The notes below the pieces were generated by a model that was not told the DNA's origin, searched no databases, and saw only the letters and a program-made list of their open reading frames with translations. Positions 51,428-64,000 of a stretch of DNA of 64,000 nt are shown here, one piece after another. Numbering within the stretch: the first letter of the stretch is position 1; each line of letters starts with the position of its first letter. This stretch comes from Catajapyx aquilonaris. Lineage: Eukaryota. A program made the translations under genes and the position numbers. Where the stretch lies: positions 62,001 to 126,000 of the forward strand of contig KZ538083.1 of the NCBI GenBank assembly GCA_000934665.2, given 5' to 3'.

Positions 51428-51470
51428 AATTGGTATAAACTTTTTAAATGGACCACATTCCTTTCGGGGT

Positions 51471-52572
51471 TCACATGCTGTACCCTGCTTTTCTTATCCA
51501 ACCTAAGCCATCATTTGTTTTTCCAGCTGGCTTGTATTCCAGACCAATCCATCCGTCATACTTCAATTTTTCCAGCATACTGAATATGTAGTTGTAATTC
51601 ACCTCTCCAGGAGTATCAGGTTCATGGCGATCTGGCACCTGAGCAATCTGGATGTGACCTGTTGGAAGATATTCCAGTTAGCCAATGGTGCCATATTTCT
51701 CTATGCCAAATTGAATTTTGATTGGAAACTATATGGACGAGCTCTTACCAACATACGGTAGAAGTTCAGCAGTGCGATTGGTAAGGTTACCGCATGCATG
51801 TTGTAGATGGAAATAGTCCAGCTGTAGCTTCAGGCCTTTGCGGTTAAGTTTCTTCACCACCGACAACCCTAAATGGTTATTAATCCAATGAAAATGTGTG
51901 CACTGATTAGCCACATGACGACTCACCTGTGTCAAAATCATGGAGGAAGTACCCTGGCAAAGTAATCTTGTTAATTGGTTCAATAACTCCAACCAGCCCT
52001 TCCTTTTCCATCCTGTCCGCAGCCCAGGTCAAGTTGTTCTCATAAGTTGACATCATTTTGGCATGGTCCAACTTGTCTGCAGCGGTAGTCTTGCCAGCCA
52101 TTATGTGTATCCTGCGGAGTAACGCACTGGCCTGGTTAGGGTTGTTGATGCATTATTTGAAAGTGCAAGGTGCACTAAAAGGTGTCCTCGGTCACCTTTG
52201 GCAGTTGAGAGCCTTGGCGTACTTGATGGCCATCTCAATGCTATCCTGGAAGCTCTTCTCCTTCCCCGGTATGGCTGCGAAACCAAACTCCCCGCTCTTG
52301 ACATCTCCTACAAAACCAATCATGACATTACCGTACTTCCAGTGAATTTATTGAATCACATTACCAGGGAAGACATTGATGAGCACCTGCTGCACCCCAG
52401 CCTTCTCCTTGGCCCTGACCACCTCCTCCAGCGGGTACTCGTACGGAAAGGCACACTCCACCGCCTTGAACCCAGCCTTTCCAGCAGCCACGTACCTCTC
52501 CAGCAGTGACCCACACTCCTCAAACATGAAGCTCAAATTGGCACAGAAACGAAGACCATTTCCACACGCCAT
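51471..52572 (-). CDS. HYI: Hydroxypyruvate isomerase, ~270 aa; exons 52572-52365, 52307-52196, 52111-51927, 51868-51749, 51658-51471
   Basis: [71 protein letters not shown]. Confidence 0.95.
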
Positions 52573-52810
52573 ACTGCCCTACACGAAGGTCAAAGTGTGA
52601 CACCGTGTGACACTCACTACAGGGGATCACCAAACGATGATATCATAAAAGCGCCCGGTTCAAACACACTTCATGCCATATATTTGCGAAGGAAATCAGT
52701 AGGTGGTGCACGCTGCTTCCGTCCGAATTAGCGGCACGACATGACGTATTAAGGCCCGTATTAAGCCTTGTTTACTACCGGACGATTTGAGCTCGGTCAC
52801 ACGGGACCTA

Positions 52811-52852
52811 TTTTCCCATCTGTCACTGATAGATCAGTGACAGATGTGAAAA
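52811..52852. promoter_or_regulatory. Palindrome in the divergent HYI / LRR-gene promoter
   Basis: TTTTC-c-CATCTGTCACTGAT-ag-ATCAGTGACAGATG-t-GAAAA. Confidence 0.5.
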
Positions 52853-53016
52853 TCGGGAATTGGATTCATGCCGAGTCTCACTGAATTGGTACCGGCGGTA
52901 TGCATACGTCGGTATAGGTGGTGGCAGGACTGCGTGCGAAAAATGGGGTCACCTGCTGGGTATATCGATTTGGCGAACGAGGACGCCCCTGGAGTCGACT
53001 CAAGGCCTTCCACAAT

Positions 53017-54782
53017 ATGTCACCCAGACATGAGGTGGTTCCGTTGAAGCGGATGTGTCTCCTGGTGCTGTCCGACTGCCTGGAGGAGTATGCCAGGTGT
53101 CACATCCTGTCCTGCGAGGTTGAAGGACGATGGCATGTGGATCCGGACTACCCGCTGTTCTGCCCCGAGCTGAAGAGGGCCAGGGACAAGTGGCAGAGGC
53201 TGCTTCCGGTCAGTCTGCGAGAGGACCTTCTGAGTGTGGTGTCTTCGGCCAGGAGGAAGAGGTGGATGGCCGTGGCCGGATCGGTGGCCACCACCGACTG
53301 CTGCCGATGCGTGTCCTTCCTGCTTCTGTACGGCGAAGGAATCAAGATTGTGCACATACAGGACCTGAACAACCATGCCAGCCGGTACTTCTCGTTTCTC
53401 GGCCAGTTCTCCAAGGACCTACGACACCTCAGGTTGGGCTCAATCAAGTCTTATGTGACCTACGGATCGGATGTCCTGCAAAGCGCGTTTCGAGTACTGC
53501 GAAACCTCCATACCCTGTCCTTCTCAACATGTCTACCAGTGGATGACTTCTTGGAGGCCATAGGAAGAAGCTGCTGGTGTCTCCAATGCCTGGACCTTGG
53601 ACTGTCCAGGTTCGGTGGGAGAGGACCGGGGTTGACCGAGCGAAGTATGCGACGATTGTGTTTCGCCGACTGGCAAAATGAACAGTACCCGGGACCAACA
53701 CAACGGAACCCTTGCTGCGACACCCTCAGGATGGTCAGCCTCGGAAGGGAAGGATTCTTCCAGATGAACCGTGGAAATGTCCCGCCTTCTTCGGCAGTCG
53801 CGCTACTCCTGAGGATGGTCCCAAACTTGCAGTCAATCCCCGGGTACCCTAGGACAGGTGAGTACCATACAAATCTCGCCCACAGGTATCTTACAGATTT
53901 TCGTACCCTGCAGGTGAGGCGTTCGTGGTCATCATGTCGGAGGACACTCATCCGGCCCAGACCAAACTGGAGACTGTATGGGATTACAAGACGGACAGGG
54001 TCAAATTGGCTGCCATTAACCGATTGGCTCCGGAGTTGACCGATCTGGTGCTGCGTAACCCGAAGGAAGGTGTCTGCGAAGAGCTGCATTTGTTCCAGAA
54101 GGTGACCCGATTAATGCTGACGGACCTGGAGAGATGGGCAACTCTCAGCGTGCTTTTGCAGCTACGAGGGGAGCACTTGACCTCGTTGCAGGTGTACAAC
54201 TCCCGCACCCTGATTGACCTGACCCAGGTGTCCATTCTTTGTCCCAATTTGGCCAGACTCGTGTGCGACAATGTTCATGTCCAGTGTCAACATCTGCAGG
54301 AGTCGCCTTCTCCAGGGCGGATCCTGGAGTCCATGCAAGACCTGGGGCTCTCGGGTGACCTGGGTCCAGGAAGCGACAATGTTGTGTCCAGTTTCCTTCC
54401 TATTTGTCCCAACCTGCAGCATTTCTCGTGGAGACAAAGGTTCTTGAAGGAGTCGGCCATAATGAGCGACCTAAACCTGGAGAACCTTTTGAAGCGAACC
54501 GGCGGATCATTCTCCAGCCTGGAATCCATTTGGTTGGCCACCGATTGTCGCCTGACCATCACTAGCGTCTTGTTGTTAGTCAATTCGTGTCCTAACATAC
54601 GAATAATAGGGTCAATGCGCTTCTGGAAGATCAGTCCCGAAGAAGTGACCAACTTGAGAGCAGAGTTACGAAGCAGCAACATGGACGTGGAGCTCTGGGG
54701 TGATGAAGAGATAGAAGATGTTTCCAGGCAGAACGAATTGGCCCGCGTTCTTGTTTATCCAGGCTGGCTTTTGCCACTCTAA
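53017..54782 (+). CDS. Leucine-rich-repeat protein with N-terminal BC-box-like motif, ~569 aa; exons 53017-53857, 53914-54782
   Basis: A 56-nt GT-AG intron joins two long ORFs in frame. Repeated LxxLxL / CPNLxxL units; N-terminal PLKRMCLLVL and LPVSLREDL. Confidence 0.75.
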
Positions 54783-55255
54783 AAATGACCATAAATTGTG
54801 AAATTACATATGTTCCATTATATGTTTGTGCTGTCTGATGCTACCTAATGTTACAGTAGGCATCATGTTGCTCATTTTAACTTGTTAAGCCATTGTTACG
54901 TTATTGTTGTAAATATATATACGCACGTTCAGACCTGCTTATAATGTTTCTGCCTTGAGCGACAATAATCGACGGACAATAAAAGGCTGCTGAGTTAAAC
55001 TCACATTATGTGGCTATTTATTGAGTAGATTAGACGCGCTCGAGACGCGATCCTGATGACGCCGCGCTACCCAGGCACAGTTCAAAAAATGGCGCCACAT
55101 ATGGCTTCTCTCCCACATATTAATCCGAGTAGCAACTACTCGATAGTATCATTTCGCACTATCCATCGGAGAGAAGCAGTTTCTTCAGTCGCCTGCGTTT
55201 GTTTCTCCGCCGATTGACCTTTTGTGGTTGACCCGAGTTGACCTGACCCGGCAAG

Positions 55256-56419
55256 ATGCGTCGCAAGGCGGGGGTGGGTGCGATCCACAAGCAGAAGCAG
55301 ACCCAGGAGAAGTACAAGGACAAAGGGACCGAGCTGCAGGAGCTGCAGTTGGAGGAGGTGAGACCCATGCCGACCCAGGCAAAGTTTGTTTGTTCGTTTG
55401 TCCATTTCATGCCCGTTTTATACCTATTTCGTACTCGTACAATGCCAATTGATGTCCCATTTTGTACCACTGCGAAGAACTAGTTCCCTGCTAGTGCTCT
55501 GTATAAGTCATCGAATAACAGCTCCAGTTATAGCGGTAACAGCAGTGGATATTGGATATGCTCTCTTTTGACCTGCAGATGTCTCGACAACTTGAGGTGT
55601 TTCGTGGTAACCTGGAGGAATTTGCTTCCCGTCACAGACAGGAAATTCGTAAAAGCCCACAGTTTCGACGGCAGTTTCAAGAGATGTGTGCGTCAATTGG
55701 GGTCGATCCACTTGCGTCTGGAAAAGGTATATTGAGAAGGGTCTTATAGGTTCTCTTGATCGGCTGCTGTGATTCTGTAGGATTCTGGTCTGAGCTGTTG
55801 GGTGTGGGTGACTTTTACTATGAGCTTGGAGTGCAGATAATTGAGGTGTGCCTTGCCACTTGCCACCGTAACGGAGGCCTGATCACGTTAGATGAACTCA
55901 GGACTAGGCTTATCAATGCCCGAGGGAAGAGTAAACATCACCAAGAAATTACCAAGTTAGTATCAGATGTGTACTACTTTCTAATGGCACTGTTGCGGGA
56001 GTTTCATTATCTTGCCTTTTTGTAGTGACGATCTCCTAAGAGCCATTAAAAAGCTGCGTGTTCTTGGAAATGGCTTTCAAAATCATTCGTTGGGTAGTGG
56101 AAAGCACTTAATCCAGTCTGTGCCTGGTGAACTCAGCATGGATCACACGGCCATCCTACAGCAGGCAGAGTCCACGGCCTGGGTGACGGTATCCAAATTA
56201 CAGAAGAATCTTGGTGGGTTCTGCTTTTATTACTGCTTGTAGATTTGAAATGTGATGGAATTATAACTTGGACACCTGACAGGTTGGGAAGAGGATAGAG
56301 CCAAGCGCTCCTTGGAGTACATGGTGAAGGAAGAACTCGCCTGGGTGGATACGCAGAATCCGACCGAAGTCTCCTACTGGTTTCCTAGTCTTTTTGCAGC
56401 CTGTGCAGCTGCTAAGTAA
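55256..56419 (+). CDS. SNF8: ESCRT-II subunit SNF8/Vps22, ~249 aa; exons 55256-55357, 55579-55726, 55781-55955, 56026-56213, 56283-56419
   Basis: [87 protein letters not shown]. Confidence 0.97.
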
Positions 56420-56946
56420 TGCACACACTCTGTCCACCATATTGAATAAAGCTTTTTGCACTGTTTTCATTCCACAATCCTTTTCATTGGGAGTGGTAAC
56501 ATGTATCCCAAATGTGTCAGGTGTACAAAAAAAATAAATGATAATTTACAAGAGTATATGGATTTTTATTGTGCATACAGGATGAAATTAGGTGTGGTGA
56601 AAATATTTATCCATGTGGTAAGACATTTTAAAGCATGGGAATATTATTTGTGCAGTAAATGCATTTTTATATTTGCATTAAACCATCACCTTCTCTGTTT
56701 ATGTAATGATGCGTCTGAATATACTAGCCCTTAACCAATGTTATAATGATAATACACAGATTCACATGCAGGCCTACATTATGGTTCGTACGTGCTGTTC
56801 ATTTGGTTAAGCTGCTGAATTAAAACAGCAGCTGGCTTCAAGCAGAGCTCATGGAATGGGAACTTACTACTTGTAACTATTCAACTAACGTTGTGTTACA
56901 GAATTTCGTGACTGGTTTCCAACAATGTATTATCAGTGTAAATGTC

Positions 56947-59900
56947 TTATTTGAGAACAAACTGATCTGGCATGCTGAGAGTAAGATGGAAGACATCTTC
57001 AACAGTGGTAGGTCCATCTGTGAAAAAGGGAAAAGGGAGTTATATGGATTAGTCATGGATTAATTTGACCATATGAAAATAATTAACAGGTTCAGTGAAA
57101 GGAGCCTGGATCAGTTGACATTACGCAATTGTCCAGTACTTGCAATGAGCCCTGAAATTCAATGTAAACAAAGCATGCTTACTCATCTGGTACCAATCTG
57201 TGCGTCCCTGCTCTCCTCTTGCGGAATCTAGAGCATCTCTCATGGCAAATATTACTGTGCATGAGGTGCAAAGTGGGGCTTCTCCAGTGCTCTTAGACCT
57301 TAGAACACCCAATGGATTAGGAGCTTTTTTCAGGAAGGTCAAGAAAAACTGCTCCGGTATGTCTCGAGCAGTAGGAGGCTTGTACTCCCAGGTGTTGTGG
57401 GTCAGCAGTTCTCCAGTATTGACATCAAAACGGAATTTTTCAGTAAGCCACATTCCCAGGCCCATAACGAAGGCACCTTCAACCTGTCCAACGTCGACCA
57501 GTGGACTCATGCTCATTCCAACATCTTCAAGTATGTCTGCTCTTCTTATCTGTTAGGAGATGTCATTGTATTTCCAATTTCACCAATGTGAAAATGTGTT
57601 GGTAGTGTTCAATGACTTACGATGGTTTGTGCTGTGAGCATATCCATCTCAACTTCCATGGCGGTTATGGCGTACACGTGATATGTCTTGGGAGGATCTC
57701 CATACTTATACATGTACTGGGCCACTAAATTAACACCAGAACTGTGGCATTCAGCAATCAATTGTTGCCAAGTTGGGTTCTTCATTCTGTCCCGTACTGG
57801 TTTGATGCGCTCGTTCAACATTTTGCAGCACTGTTGCGCAGCCTGGGTAATTAATAAAGAGAAAATTATATGGAAGCTGGAAAAATGGTTTCATAATGAA
57901 AATGATCATGTGGTGGAAGAATCGCTTATCAGTGCTCAATTTCAGCTAATTTGTACGACGACATGGATTGCATTTGCTGTTACTGTACTGGTACTTATAA
58001 ATACTCCCAGAGTATGTCCTTTTGGTGTAATGAAACTTACATATGCATTAAGATCACTGGCCATGGCTGCTCCTGTGACACCACTGTTTGCTCCGACCAA
58101 ATTGTCCGCTGCCTTCACTTTGACCAAATCAAGTGGGATGCCCAGCTCGTAGGCAACCACCTGAGCCACTTTGGTATTGATCCCTTGGCCCATTTCAATT
58201 CCACCTATTGAAATGCCTACTGTTCCATCTTCATGGTAGATGGCAACAAACGCTGGGTACGGTATGCCGTAATGCACTGGCCATCGCATTGGCATTAGAG
58301 CCAAGCCCTTCTTTCTCCAGCGATTTTCCTGAAGGAAGAATTGGCAAGGTTAGCATCCTAACAACTTGTGTTGTAAAAAAACAGCAGACATGTAACAATA
58401 TGGCGCTTTTAAAGTTTCATTAGTGTTTGTGTGTGCAAATTCAGTTTTGTCACATGGCTCTTTTCCAATAAAGGTCTAATCACCTTATTGAACTTGTCAA
58501 TTTCAGCTCTGCGACCCTTGTAATTGGATGAGTCTTCAACGGCCTTCTTCATCTCAGGGATGGGAAAGAACTCATCCAATTCTTCAAATGGTTTTATGTT
58601 ACCCATAAGGTCCATAGTGATCAGCTTATCTCCTGGTTTCATCATGTTGGCTTCACGAACTTTCCAAGGATCCAGCTTTGTTTCTCGAGCAATATGCTCC
58701 ATTATAGTTTCAATCAGAGCAAGTCCCTGCATAGTACCTGAAATATATTTATTTAGCTTGATTAGTTTGAACAGGATGTTATTTAGTAGTGACACTACTA
58801 GGCTTCAGTTGTGTTGTAGTACCGTACTGCGCAATATTACAATGACATGTGTTTGCTGTGTGAACACATTAATCTGCAGATTTTACCAGTTTGTTCACTT
58901 TGGCAGCTATGTAGACGCTTCTTATTATCGTAAGTATTTTTGCATGAAAGTAACTTGCTAATTGTCACTAACCAGGTGATCGGCAGAATACATTGGTTGC
59001 TGTGTTTGTCAGGACTCGGCCTGCTGGCATTTTCCAGTTCGTAGCATCGTAGCAGTTCTGAGCTGTAACTGCTGCGTAAAAGGATGTTGACTCATTGTAG
59101 TCAATTCCAGTGTCACAAATAAGGCTGCTCTTTAAGCTCTGAATCTTTCCAGTTTTGTCATCTACCACAACCTAATGATTACAAAAATAGGTCAATGTGC
59201 ATTTTATTTGATAGCCCATATTCATACCTCATATTTGCACAAGTATGGTTCACGCCTTCCACACATCTTCATGTTGGTGTCAATGTCAAGTACCATCCTG
59301 ATGGGTCTATTTAGTTTGTATGCAGCTAGTGCACATCCAGCAGCAACCACAGATGCACGGGAGATCTTGGCACCATATGCGCCTCCTACTCTTTTCACTC
59401 TCACATTCACTCTGTCAAAGAGGAGATACCATCATGTTGTGCTGCATTCTTTACAACCACTGGGATGTATACATACGTGTTGTTTGGAATTTTCAACATC
59501 TGAGCCACACAATTCTGCACGTGGTCAATCCACTGAGTGGCCGAGTACACGTCGAATCCATCATCTGACGGGACACAGTAACCGACCTGCTTCTCAATGC
59601 TGAAGTGGTACTGATGCGCTGTCTCAAGTTCACCCTTGATGGTTTTGGTGCTTGTGATCAGTGGAGGATTGTTCGGATCTGGTTCTGGGCCCATGGTCGG
59701 TTCTCCAGATATAGTTCCACTCTCCATTTTGCCATGCTTCAGAGCATCTTTGATGGTCAATATTGGTTTCTTGATGTCGGTGTAGTCCACCTTCACTTTC
59801 AATGCAGCTTGGGTAGCTAGTGTTGGGCAGTCTGCCACGATGAGGCCCACGGGTTGGCCAGCGTACACCACTTTTCCACTGCACAGGATCTAAATATGAA

Positions 59901-62900
59901 CAGAAAGGTATAATTTATTATCGGATGTAAAGACCTGCTGTTGAACTACTGACCTCCTCTGGATACATTCCCATCAACTGAACATTGTTCATTCCAGGGA
60001 TGTCTTCAGCACGGTAGAAGGCAACTACACCATCCATTTTCTAATATGCCGATATTAACCGATATTAAGTGATTGGAATAAAGATCATAGCAGAATACTA
60101 ACCAAGGCTTCAGAAGGATCAATCTGTTGAATCTTTGCATTTCCTTGCGTTGTAAGTACAAACGCGGCATGCAGTTCATTAGGACGGTGAGGCATGTCAT
60201 TGACGTACTCTGCTTCTCCTGAAGAATGACAATGTGCAATTAATACTAGCAGTGTCATTTAATTAATGATACCAACCTGAACATTGAGCCAATGCTTCCA
60301 GCTTGACCACAGCCTTGCTGAGAGGCCAGGTGCTTTCATCGGTGTCAAAGTCTTGCTTTCCTGAGGACAATCCTCTTTCCAAGTGGTCAGCTCCTGTCTT
60401 CAGACGGGGACCAACAACATCTCTCAGAACAAAGAGCACAAACTTGTAGAACAGTGCCAGGGACAGATTTTTCCGAAATTCTGGTGACGATTCAACTGGA
60501 GACGGTTCCGGTACAATTTCTTCTGACAAAACCTTGATGGCTTCGTTTAGTGTATCCTGATTGTTCAGCTGCTTTCCGTTCAAGTATTGCTCAGTTTTAG
60601 TTGCGTGAATCTGCATAGAAAATCACATATTTGTTATGTAACACACAAACTGTTCATATCTGCACTAGTTCTTACGAAATGTTCCCCGATTCCTCCGTAG
60701 ACAATCCGTGGTTGTTCGGTAATCTGATAGTTTTTAGACGGATCAACTTTAGCCAAGAATCCAGCGTTGACGTAAGCATGTGAAAACTGATATCGTGGCA
60801 GAACCTGGAAAATGTTCTCTGTCAGTCTTACCTGCAACTATTACAGCAAAATCAAAGAATCACCTTAAAAGTCCTCATGAGATATGATCTGTCGAGTTTT
60901 GGAAACGTGAAGCTCAGCAGAATTTTATTTTTCATATCAATTTTGAGGAACTCAGGCATAGTCATTTCCTTGTTTCCATCTAGCAAAAAAAGTCAAGGTA
61001 ATCTGTCAATAAGAAGCGGCGCCATCGTGTCTACTTTTTGTCTATGTACCTTTGGATGCGATAACAACTTTCACTCCGGCTGTTTCAAGCGGTAGGAACA
61101 AATCTGACGAAAATCCTTGAAGTCTATGCTTCATCATGATATTACCCGCCAAGGTTCCAACCTGCGAGAGAAGAATACTAATTCAATATAACAAAAGACA
61201 CGCAAATATTCAATTTTGTAACAAAATTACTAAAAGGAAGAACACTCCAAATAATTATGTAACTGAGAGGCTGAGAGGTAAAAAAAAAGTATTACATCTC
61301 TTATGGCATGACTGGCAAGCTTTTGCAGGTGGTGCAATACAGCTGACAGGTAGCTGTAGTCTTTATTTTGAGTAGTTGCTTCAGCCAAAGTCGTCATTAA
61401 TTCAGATATCGTGACTTCTCCTCCAAGGGTCAAAGGGTCAAGTTTTCTTTCTCTCAGCTCCGGTATGCCATTCAGATCTATGTAAGCATCGTACGGTCCT
61501 TCATGCTTGAATACACCTGTGTAGAGGGTAACGTAAATAAATAAGTAAAATAAATAATAGCTTTATCATATTATATAATATACCAGATGCTGTGTTAGCT
61601 CCAACTAGTCGCACCGACTTGTCCTTTAACTGATCCATGATTTGAAAACATTCTGCCAATTTGGTAGGTCGAAACCATTGAGCACCATCTTTTGATTGTA
61701 TCCACACTGGCAGATTCTCTATTGGTAATTTCTGGCAGCAGTTATCCGGGTTACCGCAGCATCCATTTTTTCCAATGTCCTAGAAGAGTAATAGTTCTTC
61801 CTGAAGTCATCTATTACATGCCAGGAACTCGTGACAGATGCGTGTAAGCCACAAACGACCTCACGTGAGATGCTGCGATAGAGTTGTATATACATGGACC
61901 ACAATACACGCAATGGCAGGGCAAGGGTGGAGTGTACTAGTGACTAATAGTACTAGAGATAGAGCTTTAAAAAAAAGTTAAAAGTCCTACCTCAATATCG
62001 CCGCATCTAAGCTTTATTTGTTCCTTCAGGTCCTCAGATGCGTCGGATGCGAACGATTTAAATGTGTCCAGAATAGGACGGAAGCCGGTACATCTGCATA
62101 TGTTCCCGTCCAGGTTGTCCTCAGCATCTTGCATTGTGAATTTCGGATTCTGTTGCTGCGTGCTGTAACAAAATATTAATAATTATGGAAAATACTGCAG
62201 GTCATACATGGTGCAGTACCTGTTCATAATCATGACCATTCCAGGACTGCAGAACCCGCATTGGGACCCATTGAATTGGGCCAACCGCTTCTGGATCTCG
62301 TGATGACCTTTGCGCTTGTCACCTAGGCCATCGACAGTGGTGATGTCCCATCCGTCGCACAGCATCACCGGAATCAAACACTGCAATTATGATCTTAGCC
62401 AATGACCACATCCTTCTGGAGCCCCACATATTTTGAAATGTACCGGTACGTACCGAGTTGACAGCGCAAACTTTGTCCGTTTTGCTGGGTCTGTCGGGTA
62501 CCCTCGCGGTGACAATACACGCACCGCAGCCTCCTTCACGACATGACACTTTGGTGCCTTTGAAAGCAGCCACATCTCGAATGAAATCCACCAGACGCAT
62601 CCGTGACGAAGTGTTTTGATCCACTGTAATATGTTATCATTACGCACAATGCAATGACATTTTACATAATGTGTGTCCGAACCTGTGAAGTTTTGGCCGT
62701 TTATTCTTAACTTGATGCTGGTCAAAGGTGAATCGTCTCGAACCACGGTGTGGCATTTCAAACACGATCTGGTCCCATCGGGTTTTCTGTCCAAGGGCAA
62801 CCTGGAATTTCTTATAGATATCACTTTCGTGCTTTCGCATAGAAATATTTTTTAGAAATTGTTTTCTAATGGCAATAAAGTTTGTATTTGCCTGCGTTAT

Positions 62901-63507
62901 TTTGAAACCTTTTATTATGCTATTTGGAAGGCCTTGGGGACACCGCCATCGGGGAGTTATTCTCACGAAATTTTTATTAAGGCAATAAACCGCAATATAT
63001 TGTTGAAAGAAACGTACCCTGGTCATAATGCTGGTGTAAAAAGTGGTTGGAATTGATTCCAAACTGATATGAAAGTAGGTAGCCAAAATATGATTAGCAA
63101 AAGTACTTTCACATTCCATTAAATATTACTGTACAGTACTCTATATAGAATATAGCCTGGAGCAAATATTTATTTCACATAATTATAGTCATGTGACAGG
63201 GTGTTTCTTACTAATTAGTAGGTCAGTAAGAGGCTTAAAATATATGAAGTCATAAACAAGAAATAATTAGCTGCGAATTAATTTTAGTGTGGCTGTGTAT
63301 ATGCTCGGGCATTACATGAGGAGGACTGTATAGAGAAAAATTAAATTCAGCATGATTTTATCACTAAACGACACCTTTGAACATCGACGGCATGCAAACG
63401 TCCTTGCATGTTATTAGTGACAAATAAATTAAACGACATGCTACATACTCGGTGCTGCACACTGGACAATTGGTTTGCCACAACTCCTTGCTGGATTGAA
63501 GCCCCAT
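56947..63507 (-). CDS. AOX: Molybdo-flavoenzyme of the xanthine oxidase family, arthropod aldehyde-oxidase type (many small exons; first coding exons 63507-63449, 62801-62683, 62623-62454)
   Basis: 2Fe-2S motifs [34 protein letters not shown] region LVGANTA, GTLAGN; Moco region [42 protein letters not shown] (catalytic Glu). It lacks the XDH-type GGGFGGKE Glu. Confidence 0.9.
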
Positions 63508-64000
63508 TGTGACTCCGAAGTGACTGGAAGAGAACCACCTTGCTAATTGCGACTCCGAAGAAGACAGCCTTGGATAGGCATTACTTGCACATACATACGT
63601 TACCAAGAGAAATGATTGGTAGATGCCTTTTCCTTCCTTCACCTCACAGCACTGACAAGTGATCGCTGAGATTGAGATAGACCAAAGAGCTGGACTGCAT
63701 AACAACAATAAAAAGTAGCATCACGATAATAAAAAGTTGGGTCACATGTGACCTTGGAGCGCCACCTGTCCTAGCACGAATTGCTAGCTTTATTTGCGGA
63801 ACTTAACATTGTCCCATCTGCATTTAACTCCCTGCATGCAAGCCGATTACCCGGAAACAAATTTTTTGCATGCGTAATGACGCACCCACCTTTTTTATTG
63901 GCCACAAAGTCAGAGTGACACTACTGATTAATGGAAGTTCAGTCAAGCCCGTTAGGATATTACATAAACTTGGCCAAATATGTTAGTGCGTAGTAGGTGA

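Noticed and set aside
61100..61120. Apparent frameshift in the aldehyde oxidase FAD domain
   Set aside because: Recounting the A run gives GGA TTT TCG TCA GAT (GFSSD), which is in frame.
15872..63507. HMGCS + AOX + IR as a terpenoid/pheromone gene cluster
   Set aside because: They are separated by unrelated housekeeping genes, and nothing in the sequence supports co-regulation.

Overview
Eukaryotic, intron-rich and gene-dense DNA, most consistent with an arthropod: it has a divergent ionotropic receptor, an arthropod-type aldehyde oxidase, a tRNA-derived SINE and mariner/hAT MITEs. I reconstructed these genes by hand from GT-AG junctions and frame continuity: an intronless ionotropic receptor (-), HMG-CoA synthase (+), an orphan coiled-coil gene (-), a 13-exon adhesion GPCR (-), wntless (-), TRMT13 (+), hydroxypyruvate isomerase (-), a BC-box/LRR protein (+), SNF8/Vps22 (+) and an aldehyde oxidase (-). 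Five observations stand out. (1) A ~1442-aa adhesion GPCR has an unusual architecture (signal peptide, 2 cadherin, FN3, 5 EGF, HormR, GAIN/GPS, ADGRG-like 7TM); its HormR domain is split by a ~90-aa insert with a furin-type RRKR site, and its GPS has lost one Cys pair. (2) The aldehyde oxidase carries an N-terminal myristoylation signal and a CxxC-x15-CxxC zinc-ribbon-like extension. (3) Wntless has a U12-type minor intron. (4) A mariner remnant is rearranged into a double fold-back just upstream of the first HMGCS coding exon. (5) The IR 5' flank is duplicated, suggesting a tandem IR array continuing off the left edge. No database searches were run; family calls rest on motif recognition.
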